Assembly (NCBI RefSeq): GCF_006345805.1
Contig: NC_042998.1
Coordinates: 68,448,001 to 68,512,000, forward strand
Direction: 5' to 3'
From: Octopus sinensis
Lineage: Eukaryota
Length of the DNA: 64,000 bases
The position numbers and the translations under genes are program-made. Shown here piece after piece: positions 48,601 to 62,300 of the stretch. The notes beneath the pieces were generated by a model, which searched no databases, had not been told where the DNA came from, and saw only the letters and a list, made by a program, of their open reading frames with translations. How positions within the stretch are numbered: the first letter of the stretch is position 1; every line of letters begins with the position of its first letter.

Positions 48601-51600
48601 AGGAAATATTATTCCAAACTTACAGGAAAAAATTCAATTTAGTAATACTAAATCAATTTTCACAATATATAATATATGTATATAAATTAAAGAACCACCT
48701 TTTATCAATTCAACAATGAAAGAACAATGATATAATTAAATTATACCATATAGAAAAAAAAATTAGATATGCAATAAAAACATATACCAATAATTAAGTA
48801 AAGTATAAAATAATAAATAAAAAGCATATAATTGGTAAAAGAACAATATGTGTTTCGTGGCTATATTTTCAAACTGATAACAGTAAAATCAATTCAATTT
48901 AAATATAGTCGCTCTTCAGGTCCAAGATAAAAACAATAAAATAATTAGATAAATAAATATGTACATAATCTTGTAAGAAAATATTAATAAATATAAAAAT
49001 ATGTAATTTTACAAAATACAATAATTTATCGTAAAATACAAGCACTAAATATCTTAACAAATATATTCAGGTATAAATAAAACTAGAATAAATAGATATA
49101 AATATTTATTACATCTATGAAAATAAATGTTACTTATATAAGAAAAATAACAAACTATAATATATCATTGCTATAAAATTAAAACACAAGTAATTAAAAT
49201 ATTTAAAACAAAATATATATATAAAATACAAAATATACATTAAGTGAAAACTAAAATGCTATAATTTAATCTATATACATTAAATTAAATTTATTTATTT
49301 AATAAACATCTGAATTAAATCTTATTCTAATTAAGTAATATATATTAAAAAAACTTTATGCTAACTTAAATACTTAATGCTACTACAAACTATGACTACA
49401 AAAATTAAAAATAGAAAATGGTTCACATATATACACACAAATTAGTTAAACTTACTATATTATTAATTTATATATAGTATATATAGATTTAATATTACAC
49501 TCACTTATAGAATTAACCAAAATATCAATTAATATTAAAAGTATTTACTTAAATGATACTACATAACAAATAACTATTAGATAATATTTAGTCTTACAAA
49601 ACTATTTCACAAAGTAAATTATATGTAATTCATTAATTCACAGAATAATAATAAAAATAATAATTAAATAAATATACGTATTGTAACTAATAATTATCAA
49701 GAAACAATATATAAATTAATATTTTAACAATAATAATCAAACACAATTCAATTCAAAAATTAAATGATATTGTTATATAGATCCCCGTAACTTAACAGTT
49801 CAACAAAAGAGACCAGTAGAATAAGTAACAAGCTTGAAAAGAAATTAATTGCTAGTATCGATTCGTTCAGCTAAAAACATCTCCTTCCAGATGGTGCTGC
49901 AGCGTGGCCTCAGTCTAATGGCTGAAACAAATAAAAGGTAAAAGATTTGAAAAGCAGGCGACTTTTGTCTTTCTAGGGCTTGAGTCAAGTAAATACTTAA
50001 GAGCCAGAACTGTTGTCGTGTCACAGATTCCGAAAAACACCCCACTTGAGAAAATCGAGAAACTGGCCAAGTAAGAGTTACTTCCCTTGTTTCTTCCTTT
50101 TTTTTTTTTTTTTTTTGGTAATGCTTCGTGCTTTGGTATAAGTCATTAAAAATGAAAAATTTAGTAATAATACCTTTAGCTTCTAGATTGTTTTGTCAAA
50201 TGTAATGCATATTTATTCACTTGAGCGTGGTCGATGCCAGTCCCCCCTGACTGCCTCCCGTGCTAGTGGCACATAAAAAGCAAGAGTTGTCAATGCCAGT
50301 GCTGCCTGACCGGCTCCACATAAATAGCACCATTCAAGCGTGGTCATTGCCAGTGTCTCCTGACTGGTACCCCGTCCCCATGCTGGTGGTATGTAAAAAG
50401 CACCCACTACACACTCAAAGTGGTTGGCATTAGGAAGGGCATCCAGCTGTAGAAACATTGCCAGATCAGATTGGAGTCTGGTGCAGCCTTCTGGCTAGCC
50501 AGTCCCCAGTCAAACCATCCAACCCATGCCAACATGGAAAAACAGACGTATGATATGCTGGTGGCACGTAAAAAGCACCATCCGTCCGTGGCCGTTTGCC
50601 AGTTCCGCCTGGCACCTGTGTGGGTGGCACGTAAAAAGCACCCACTACACTCACGGAGTGGTTGGCGTTAGGAAGGGCATCCAACCGTAGAAACACTGCC
50701 AGATCAGACTGGGCCTGATGCAGCCTTCTGGCTTCACAGACCCCAGTTGAACCGTCCAACCCATGCTAGCATGGAAAGCGGACGCTAAATGATGATGATG
50801 ATTGTTTATTTTTAGAATGAATTTGTAGAGTCATCGTTTAACACATGCTGGCATAGGCTGGATGGTTTGACTGAGAACTGGCAAGCTGAGAGGCTGCACC
50901 AGGCTACAATGTGATTTAGCAGGGTTTCTAATGCTGAATGTCCTTCCTAACGCCAACTACTCCAAGGGTGTAGTGGGCCAGTTTGAACATAAAACAGAAT
51001 ATTTGGACCGGATAGGGCAAGTTTAAAAACTAATGGGTTAATCCAGTGCTTGGAACATAAATCAACACAAAATTTTGATGGAAGCTCTTTATTTAGATCA
51101 CTTTAACTCTTCAGTGCTCAAACCAGCCATGTCCAGCCCATCATCATCATTGTTTAACGTCCGCTTTTCATGCTAGCATGGGTTGGATGATTTGACTGAG
51201 GACTGGCAAACCAGATGGCTGCACCAGGCTCCAATCTGATCTGGCAGAGTTTCTACAGCTGGATGCCCTTCCTAACGCCAACCTCTCCGAGAGTGTAGTG
51301 GGTGCTTTTACATGCCATAGGCACGAGGGCCAGTCAGGTGGTACTGGCAATGGCCACGCTCAAATAGTGTTTTTTACGTACCACCTGCACGGGAGCCAGT
51401 CTAGCAACACTGGCAATGACCACGCTCGAATGTTGTTTTTCATTTGCCACCAGCACCTGTGCCAGTAAGGCGACGCTGGTAACGATCACATTTGAACGGT
51501 GCTTTTTACATTCCACCGGCACAGAAGCCAGTCAGTTGCTCTGGCAGCGATCACACTCAGATGGTGCTCTTAGCACTCCACTGGCACGGGTGCCAGTCAT

Positions 51601-53292
51601 TATTTGTTTTGTGTTCACACTGGCCAGATGCAGCCTCTCACACATACCCTACAATGTCCTTCTAAAAATAAGCTATCACATCTTAAAAATCCCGAAGCTA
51701 TGAGATAATACATGATTAATTCAAAACCAGTGGGAATAAATAAGCCTTACATTTGACAGAGAAATCTGAATGCTAAAGAGTTAAACATTTTGTTATATTT
51801 CCATTGAAATTCATTGTCTTAATTTCAATTAATTTTGAAAATAAAGAATTGAATGAATTATCTTTCACAGCTAATTTTTTAAATATTGTTTAGCCTGAAA
51901 TTTTGATGGAAGATTTTAATTTTGCTCACTTTACTGTAAAACAAAGTATTTGTATGAAAGAGCCAGGGGTAGTCTCAGGTGGATTGGTGCCAAGACGGTT
52001 AATGTCTCCTGTGAAACCTTAAATTTTTTTTTTTTTTTTGCTGTGACAGGTCCCTAAAGAAGGTTATTAATATGGAATACAAAGATGCAGAAACCAACCC
52101 AACGGTATTGTTGCATTTTAAATCTATACGTGAAGCAAAGATGGCGCTGCGTAAACTAGACAATTCACAGTTCAGAGGTAATAAACATTGTCTTTTTTGG
52201 CGAATTCTAAAAATGTGTGTTTGTGTGTGTGTAGTATCATCATCATCATCATCACCAAAATATGCACTAAGGTTAGTAAACTCACTCTGACTCAGAAGCT
52301 TGGAAGAAGTCAACAGTAAAATGATGATGATGGTGGTGATTATTATTATTAAAACTGTTCCTTTCTAATAATCAGGTTTATTGTCCAAATGCAAAAAAAT
52401 ATTTGTCTTAACCAATAATGAATCTCAGATAAATAATATGATGCAAATTAATATCTCACATCAGTGGTTCCCAACCTGTGGTCTGCAGACCCCTGGTGGT
52501 CCACAAAAGTAGTACTGGGGCCCCGTGAACTAAATTCAAAATTTCACATATATATACACACACATGCACATGCATAAGGATAAGCATATTAAAAGGGGGT
52601 TCATGGGAAAACTCATTTAAATATAAGGGGTCCTTGGTACGTTATTTACATTTGACAGATATTTGTCCTCATCTTGTTTGTTGTTAACACAACGTTTCAG
52701 CTGATATACCCTCCAGCCGTCATCAGGTGTCTTGGGGAAATCTCGAACCTGGGTACTCATTCCTAAGGTTATTATTATTATTATTCGGAATCTTGGGGTT
52801 TAGTAGTAGCCCGTGCTTTTAACCACTACGCCATATGCTCGTGGGTCAGTGTTACCAACTTGCCCTCTTCCCATGGGCATATGGCATAGTGGTTAAGAGC
52901 GCGGGCTACTAACCCCAAGATTCCAAGTTTGATTCTAGGCAGTGACCTGAATAATAATAATAATGATGATAACAACATCGAAAAATACCATAGAAATGAG
53001 AACCCAGTTTGAAATTTCCCCAAAACACCTGATGAAAGCTGGAGGGCATATCAGCCGAAACGTGTTAAGAACAAACAAAATGAGGACAAATACCCATTAA
53101 ATGTAAACAATATAAATAATGTGCGTAATTCCTCATCTCTTAAATATAGAACTTGGTCCTTGGTAGTTAAAATGTTGGGTACCGTTGCCTCATCAAAATT
53201 TCGTGTTAACTTACACTCCAAATGCCATCATAATAATGACAGTTATTTTACAAAATTCTTCATGGTTTTCAAAATTATTTGAAACAAAGGCA

Positions 53293-53367
<75 letters not shown>

Positions 53368-56300
53368 AGTCATCAGAAATTTGGTAAACAAAAGGATTAA
53401 TAAATTTTGTCTATATTTGTAATTTTTCTTTCCAGGTGTGACTTTAAAGGCAATACAACAATGTAACGATGCTGCTTACATGCCTCGGAAAGTTCTCAAG
53501 ATGCGACGCCTCATAGTTAGGAACCTGTCTTTCAAAGTATGTTTATTCACAAAGATTTGACCCATCAACTGTTATTGCTAATACACCAACACAGAAAGAA
53601 AAAAAATATTTAGTATATACTATAGTCGCCGGCATGGCTGTGTGGTAAGAAGCTTGCTTCCCAACCACATGCTTTGGGGTTCAGTCCCACTGAAGTGTCT
53701 TCTGCTATAGCCTTGGGCCGACCAAAGCTTTGTCAATGACATGTGTATTTATGTGTTTGTTTCCCCCACTGCCATAGCTTGACAACTGATGTTGATATAT
53801 TTACGCCCTGTAACTTAGTGGTTCAGCAAAAGAGACCAATAAAATAAGTCCCAGGCTCGATTTGTTTGACCAAACGCGGTGCTCCAAGATGGCTACAGTC
53901 AAATGACTGAAACAAATAAAGGGATATTGTTTTTATTGAATTCAGATCCCACCAAGGTTAACTCTGCTTTCCTTTCAGAGTTAATAAAATTAATTACCTG
54001 TTTTATACTGGGGATCAGTGTTACCAACTTGCCCTCTTCCCACTAAATTGGTGGTGCAGTGTCAGGATTTGGAACAATTATTATTAAGGCAGTGCACTGG
54101 CAGAAGCATTAGCATTTCAGATAAAATGCCTAGTGGTGTCTCATCCGTCTTAGTTCTGAGTTCAAATTCCAGTCAAGTCGATTATGCCTTTCACCCTTTC
54201 AGGTTCGATAAAATACATACCAATTGAGCACTGGGGTCAGTGATGTTACTTTTCCAAGATTTCAGGCCCTGTGCCAATAGCTGAAAAGATTATTACTTCC
54301 TCCTTAGCAAAGGCAGAGGTATTGTTTTCAGTTGTGTTTGTTTGTTTGTCCGTGGACAAGATATCTCAAGAACCTCTTGATGGATTTGGGTGAAACTTTC
54401 AGGGATGTTTGGCCTCATAACTAGCACGAGCTGATTAGATTTTGGGATTGATCCGGCACCAGACAAAGATTCTGGATTATTTTTCCAGTTTTTTTTACTT
54501 AATTTTTGAAAGCAGTCAAGTTTATATAAGATATTCTCATAAAAATAATATCTAGCTAATCGTCGAGAGGACATTGGTGTTGCCTTGGCAGAGGTTTGTG
54601 CTCTTGATATTATTATTATCAGCATTTCATCTGTCTTGATCTTCTGAGTTCAAATTCTGCCAGGGTTGACTTCACCTTTCATCCTCTGAAGGTCAATAAA
54701 ATAAGTACCAGTTGAACACTTGGGTCAATGTCATTGACATACCCACCTCCCTGGGAATTGCTGGGCTTGTGCAAAAAATTGAAACCAATATTACTGTTGA
54801 CTTGACTCAGGTTTGGTCTTATTCCTGGCAGGATTTATGTAGGTAGCAAGTAACTACCTGTGACCTTAGGTATTCACAAGCTTTCAATAGTCTTTCAAAG
54901 GCTTAGAACCTTCCTGGTAATCTTTCCTGTCCCCAAGAGGCAAACTTTCTGTAGAAGTTCTACAGGACATTTTATTCCAATCTCCTTCAACCATTTGTCT
55001 ATACCTTTGCTTAGAGTTCCAAATGCACCAATTATTATAGATGCAACCTTTACACTTTCCATATTCCAAATTCTTGCAATTATAATTAATAAGTGGTGCG
55101 CTGGCAGAATCGTTAGCACGCTGAACGAAATGCTTTGTGGTATTTCACCCATTGCCTTGTTCTGAGTTCAAATTCCGCTGAAGTCAACTTTGCCTTCCAT
55201 CCTTTTGGAGTTGATAAAATAAGTACCAGTTGCATACTGGGGTCAATATAATCGACTTGTCCTCTCCCCCAAAATTGCTGCCCTTGTGGCAAAATTTGAA
55301 ACCATTATTATCCTTTTCTACTCTAGGCACAAGGCCCAAAAGTTTTAGAGAGCGGGGCCAGTCAATTAGATCGACCCCGAAAGGATGAATGGCAAAGTTG
55401 ACCTCAGCAGAATTTGAACTCACAACGGAATGACCAACGAAATTCCACTAAACATTTTACCCAGCATGCTAATGTCTCTGCCAGAACACCGCCTTGAAAC
55501 CATCATTATTATTATTATTATTATTATTATTACTACTATTTATATTAATCTTAATGTTTTTTTTCCTTCCCTTAACAGACTACTGTTGAAAATTTCAAGA
55601 AAACTTTTGAAAAGTTTGGTGAAGTACTTGAAGCTGTGATACCAAGTTCAAGTAAGTTAATTTTCCTGTATAACTTTTCATTATCATTATCCTTATCATC
55701 ATTCTTTATTTAATGTCTGCCTTCCATGATAGTATGAGGGTAACAGTTTGATGAGAGCCAGCCAGACAGAAGCCTGTGCCAGACTTCTGTAACTGTTTTC
55801 GTAGGATTTTTACAGCTGGATGCCCTTCCTAACACCAAACACTCAGCAGTGGACTTCGTGCTTTTTACGTAGCACAAGCACAGGCGAGGTCAGTTTTGGC
55901 AGGGTTTTTACAGCTGGAGGCCCTTCCTCACACTAACCACTCAACAGAGTGGACTTCATGCTTTTTACATGGCACAAGCGCATGCGAGATCAGTTTTGGC
56001 AAGGTTTTTACAGCTGGATGTCTTTCCTAGCACCAACCACTTTACAATATGAATTGGGTGCTTTTAAGTGGTACCTGCACTGACAGAGTAACCAAGTGTT
56101 TGTAAAAGTTATTTACTACAAGCGATGTTGTTGTTATTGTTCTTGTCTCAGCTTACTCACAATATTTGCACCTTCAAAGGTGTACGAAATTAGAAATGGA
56201 AGGGTATTCAGCTGTAAAAACAATGCTTTGATAATATATTCGTCTAACCCATTGCTCCACAACCGGTATGCCATGGCACACTGGTGTGCCATGAGGTTAA

Positions 56301-59300
56301 CACTAGGTGCACCACAGTGTGACCTGAATATAATTTTCCCCCTATATTTTTAGTTATGTTTTTAGTTCAGGTATGCCACCAAATTTTGAAAAGAATATAA
56401 GGTTGCGGAGTACTGGTCTAACCCATACTAACAAGGCAAAACGAATGTAAAACCTCTCTCTCTCTCCATATACGTGTTTGTATTTACACTGGTATAGAGA
56501 CGTGTTGTGTCCCTTTATGTCTTGCTATGTAGCAGTTCAACTAATAGTGATTAATAAAAAGGTTCAAACTGAAATAAGTGTTATTGTTGATGTGAGCAGT
56601 GAAGACCGTTGATGACAGTGCCCCAGGATAACCGCAGTCCAATTACTGATAATTCCTGATGGCTAAAATTATCCTCTCATTCATTAGGTTATTGAATGGC
56701 TGGAATTACTTCCCTTACATTTTTACCATGCAACAAAACAAATTATAACATAACTGTAGACATTTTTTGGAGACAGTCTCTGCTAATAATAATAATAACA
56801 AGAGCACTCAGAGAGTACAAGCCGCTGCCAAGGCAACACCAGCATCCTCTCAACGATTAGCCAGAGATGATTTTTAAAATGAGAATATCTGAAATAAACT
56901 CGACTGCTCTTACAAACAAGAATACTAAAAATAATCCCGACCGCTCTCAAAAATTAAGTAAAAAAGCAGGGAAAATAATCCAGAATCCTTGTTCAGTATC
57001 AGATCGATCCCAATATATAAACAGTTTGTGCCAGTCATGAGGCCAAACATCCCTGAAAGTTTCATCCATATCCATCCAGCGGTTCTTGAGATATCTTGTC
57101 CATTGACTAACAAACAAACGCAACTGAAAACAATACCTCTGCCTTCGCTAAGGTGGAGGTCATAATAATAATAATAATAATGATGATGATTTCAAATTTT
57201 GCCACAAGGGCAGCAAGTTCAAAGGAGGGAGTAAGTCGATTATATCAACCCCAGCTTTCAACCGGTACTTATTTTATCAACCTCGAAAAGATGAAAGGCA
57301 AAGTTGACCTCAAAATAATCCTTTCTACTATAGGCACAAGATTGTGGGGAGAAGGACAGTCAATTACATCAACCCCAATGTGTAACTGGTACTTGTTTCA
57401 TTAACCCCAAAAAGATGTAAGGCAGCATTTACCTCAGTGGAATTTGAACTCAGAACATAGACAGACGAAATGTCACAAAACGATTCTACCAGTTTGCTGT
57501 CTTATGTCCTTGGAATAATAATAATAATATTAATTTCTTTCTACTATAGACAGAATGGCTGAAATTTTGCAAAGTGGGGCTCATCAATTATATGAATATT
57601 TTTTGAAAATAGGGGATGGTATTTTCATATAAATTGTATTAAAATGTATTATAACACCCAATATCTTGTAGAGTACTGAAGATTTTTCTCACTTTGGGAA
57701 ACACTGCTTTATGGCATTACTTATACAAACACATTCATACTATTACCATCATCGCCGTCACTATTATTGTTTTAATATCTACTTTCCTCTGATACATATA
57801 TCATCATATGGTTGGCGTTAGGAAGGGCATCCAGCCGTAGAAACACTACCAGATCTGACTGGGCCTGACGAAGCCTTCCAGCTTCACAGACCCCAGTTGA
57901 CCCATCCAACCCATGCTAGCATGGAAAGCGGACGCTAAATGATGATGATGATGGCATGGTGAGTTTCCAGACAGATTCCATCTACGTAGTTTCTTTCACA
58001 TGGCATTATTACTTTATACCATCAATTTATATTGCTTATTTATGACAAAGTCAACATGTCTTTTTTTTTCTTTTCTTTTCTTTCCCGCTACTCAATCTAT
58101 GAAGGTAATATTTGTTTCCATTTCAGATAACAGAAGTTGCGGTTTTGGATTTATTCAGTTCGTAGACATTCGAAGTGCTGACAGAGCTATTAAAGAGATG
58201 AATGCAAAGGAAATTGATGGTTTGTTTTGTGTATTACTTCCTCTCTGCTTTTTTTTTGTTAATGCCTCACCAAGGCAATGACTAGTGACCGAGACCATTG
58301 GGAATATGCAGTGCGTGAGAAGACCCGGTAAGCCAAGTGAGACCATAACCCAGGCCTATGCCAGGGGTGTAACCAGCCCACTTATACGTATCTTTCCTTC
58401 ATTGGACCCTAAGCTCTGCTTGCGAAGACCTGTTGAGGCAAGTGAAATTGAATCAAATTTGATGACTGGCACCTGTGCCAGTGGAGCGCTAAGAGCACCA
58501 TCTGAGTATGATCATTGCCAGAGCAGCTGACTGGCTCCCATGCCAGTGGCACATAAAAAAACATTTGAGCGAGGTTGTTGCCAGTGCCGCTGGACTGACT
58601 CCTGTGCAGGTGGCATCTAAAAAATACCATTTGAGCATGGACATTGCCAGTACTACCTGACTGGCACATAAAAGCTCCCACTACACTCTCAGAGTGATTG
58701 GCATTAGGAAGGGCATCCAGCTGTAGAAACTCTGCCAGATCAGATTGGAGCCTGGTGCAGCCATCTGGTTCGCCAGTCCTCAGTCAAATCGTCCAACCCA
58801 TGCTAGCATGGAAAGCAGACGTTGAACAATGATGATGTTGGCAGCATTGGCATTAACTCGTATCCATGCAGTAGCTCTGTAGTCACTGAATGAACCTCCT
58901 ACTTTGACTGGTGCAAAGGGTGTCAGTGCATGAGGTGACTGTTCAGACTAAGGGTGATACACAAGAGCCAGGGGCATTTATCGACAAGGGAGAGTTTGTA
59001 GGCAACAACAAAGTGCAAGTCACTCTTTGTGTCTTCAACGTCTGATCTCTACCTCTTGGCGTCTGTTATTTTCTATCAAGTCCATACCTTTGACGATGGC
59101 ATTCGACCACTTTGTGCACAGTCCTTGGCAATTGTCTCCCAGGTATTTGGGTCAATGAAGTAGCGTAAAAGAATAACCTTGAGCTGGTCTTGGAAGTGGA
59201 GTTTGGGGGCTCCACATGGTCTGATACTTGAGGCCAATTCCGCAAAAAGGAGTTGATGGGGGAGGCATCAACTCTGAGCAGAGGTTAATGTGTACCAGAT

Positions 59301-62300
59301 TGAAAATGATTTCAGAATGTTATTTTACAACCCTCTGATATTTTGTCTTGAAATTTCAAATCCTAGCTTAGTGTTTCTTTGGTAGTTTAATCTGTTGGTC
59401 TTTAGACTGCAGCCATGCTGGGGTACCGTCTTGAAGAACTTTTAGTCCAATGAATTAGCCCCAGAACCTTTTTTTTTTAAGCCTGGTAATTATTCTATCA
59501 ATCTCTTTTGCTAAATCACTAAGTTACAGGGATACAAACACACCAACATTGGTTTCCAGTTCTAGTTGGGGACAAACACTGACACACAGACTTCTTTTAG
59601 TTTCTGTCTACCAAATCAACTGAGAGGGCTTTGGTCAGCCCAAGGCTATAGTAGAAGACACTTGCTCAAGATGTCAGGCAGTGGGACTGAACCCAGAACC
59701 ATGTGGTCAGGAAGCAAACATCGAATATTTTTTCACATGCCACTGGCACAAGTGCCTGTAAGGCAACGCTGGTAACGATCATGCTCAAATGATGCTTTTT
59801 ACATGCCACCAGCCTGGAAGCCAGTCATCTGCTCTGGCATAGGCCATGGGTTATAGTCTCACTTGGCTTGCCGAGTCTTCTCAAGCACAGCATATTTCCA
59901 AAGGTCTCAATCACTAGTCATTGCCTCGGTGAGGGTCATTGTTAGTTGATATATATAACCATTTCCTTTGTTTCTGTGTATAACATTGCTTTTATCTATC
60001 CATTCTTCATCTCTTACAGGACGCGTTGTTGCCATTGACTGGGCGATATCCAAGACAAAATATGATAAATATAAAGAATCGTTACAGCAAAAAGGTCAGT
60101 TACTGATCAGATATACATGGATGTGTGTGTGTGTGATATAATCAACTAAAACCCTTAAAAGTGGCACCATGGGGTGGCCATAGTCCTATGAAAGAAACCT
60201 GCAAATATAAGAATTCTTATAGGCGTATGGTAAGAAGCTTACTTCTGTACCAATTGGTTCTGGGTTCAGTCCCACTGTGTGGCAACTTGAACAAGTGTCT
60301 TCTACAATAGCCCCAGGCTGACCAAAGCTTTGTGAGTGAATTTTGTTGATGGAAACTGAAAGAAGCCCATCGTATAAGTGTGTTGGTGTTGGCCCCTACT
60401 ACCACTTAACAGCTGGCATTGGTGTGTTTACGTCTCTATAACTTAGCAGTTCAGTTTTAGAGAGTGATAATATGAGGGTGAGTCAAAACATAATGCCATT
60501 TTGTTTAGGACAGGTATTAGGACCAACACAGGAACATGTATCATGTATCAAAATGAAGCTGGTGCTCTGTGGATCACATCCCTACTTCGCAACATAGTCA
60601 CCGTTTCTCTCAATAGCAATGTTCCACCTTCGAATGAGAGCATGTATCCCTGCCCCATAAAATTCTGTTGACTGCTCTTCACTCCCTCCACACTCACCAG
60701 ATTTAGCACCTTCAGACTATCATCTCTTCGGCCCCATGAAAGAGGGTTTGCGAGGCAAACATTATTCCAGTGACGAGGAAGTGAAAACTGTAGTGAAGTG
60801 GCTCAAGGAACAGTCAAAAGAATTTTACAGGGCAGGGATACATGCTCTCATTCGAAGGTGGAACATTGTTATTGAGAGAAATGGTGACTATGTTGAGAAG
60901 TAGGGATGTGATCCACAGAGGACCAGCTTCATTTTGATGTATGATACATCATCATCGTTTAATGTCATGTGTTTGTAATTATACCTGTCCTAAACAAAAT
61001 GGCGTTACTTTTTGACTCGTATATGTACTGGTTTCGATTCTTCAGGGTGGTGCACCAGCATGGCCACTGTCTAATGACTAAAGTAAATAAAAAAAAATAT
61101 TTTAACAAATTAAAAAATAAGAAAATGTTTGTATGCGTGTGTTTCTAATGGTTTTATATACCAGAAGATTCTTGCAGAGAAGTTTAGAATAGGGCACCCT
61201 GAATAACAACTCTTGATTAAATGATCTGCTAGAAATAACAGTCAAATCTCCCTTATCACACCCTTGGCTGATGTCAGTGTCGCATAACTGGCCTATTTAA
61301 AAGTACCCTTCTTGTCTCATCTCGAGGCCCTGTTCTTTCCTCTTCCCTCTTTTTATTTTTTGTATTTGTATTCACTCTGATGAAGCTCCATGTACGAGGT
61401 CGAATGTGCTATAAAGATGACTAATATTGTTTTAGGAATTTTCTTTGGAGGCACCGACTGACAGTGGTAGCCAAAATGGCTGTAAGCAATGTTAAGTTTT
61501 GTATTAAAAAATAATTAACCAGTGTTGGTCAATTTGTTTGTTGATTAAACGTTTTCTCCATTTTCTGCTTAATTTATATATATATATGTGTGTGTGTGTA
61601 TTTATATATAATTATATGTTTATATTGTAGTCTTGGCCATTGCTGGTGTCATGTAAAAAGCACCTATTGCACTTTTGGAGTGGTAGGCATTAAGAAGGGC
61701 ATCCAGCAAGAGAAACTATGCCAAATCAGACTGGAACCTGGTGCAGCTATCTGGCTTACCTGTTCCAGTCAAACCATCTAACCCATGCCAGCATGGAAAG
61801 CGGACGTTAAAGGACAATGATGATGATTATATATATATATATCGTCGTCGTTGTTCAACGTCTGCTTTCCATGCTGGCATGGGTTGGACGGTTTGACCAA
61901 GGACTGGCAAGCCAGGAAGCTGGATGCCTTTCTTAATGCTAGCCTCTCCGAGAGTGTAGTGGGTACTTTTTACGTGCCACTGGCATGGGAGCCAGTCAGG
62001 TAGCACTGACAATGTTCATGCTCGAATGGTGTAAACGCAGGATTTAAATGTGAGCTACTGCAAGTTTCATGTTTGGATAGTACAGTAATCCAACAGACTC
62101 GTCTAGTGTGCCAGGTACTATCCCATTTGCTTGTTTATTTTAATTTTTTCCTTTTTATTTTTTAGATTCTAAGAAAGGTGACAGTAAAGTCGCTGTCAGT
62201 AGTAAACATCCAAGTGGTGACGACGATGATGATGATGGTGATGACGATGATGATGATGGTGATGACAATGATGATGGTGGTGATGACGATGATGATGATG

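Noticed and set aside
52875-52950. tRNA gene (anticodon-like ACT)
   Set aside because: Acceptor and anticodon stems pair poorly and it is embedded in a repeated element; tRNA-derived head only. The same applies to the SINE heads.
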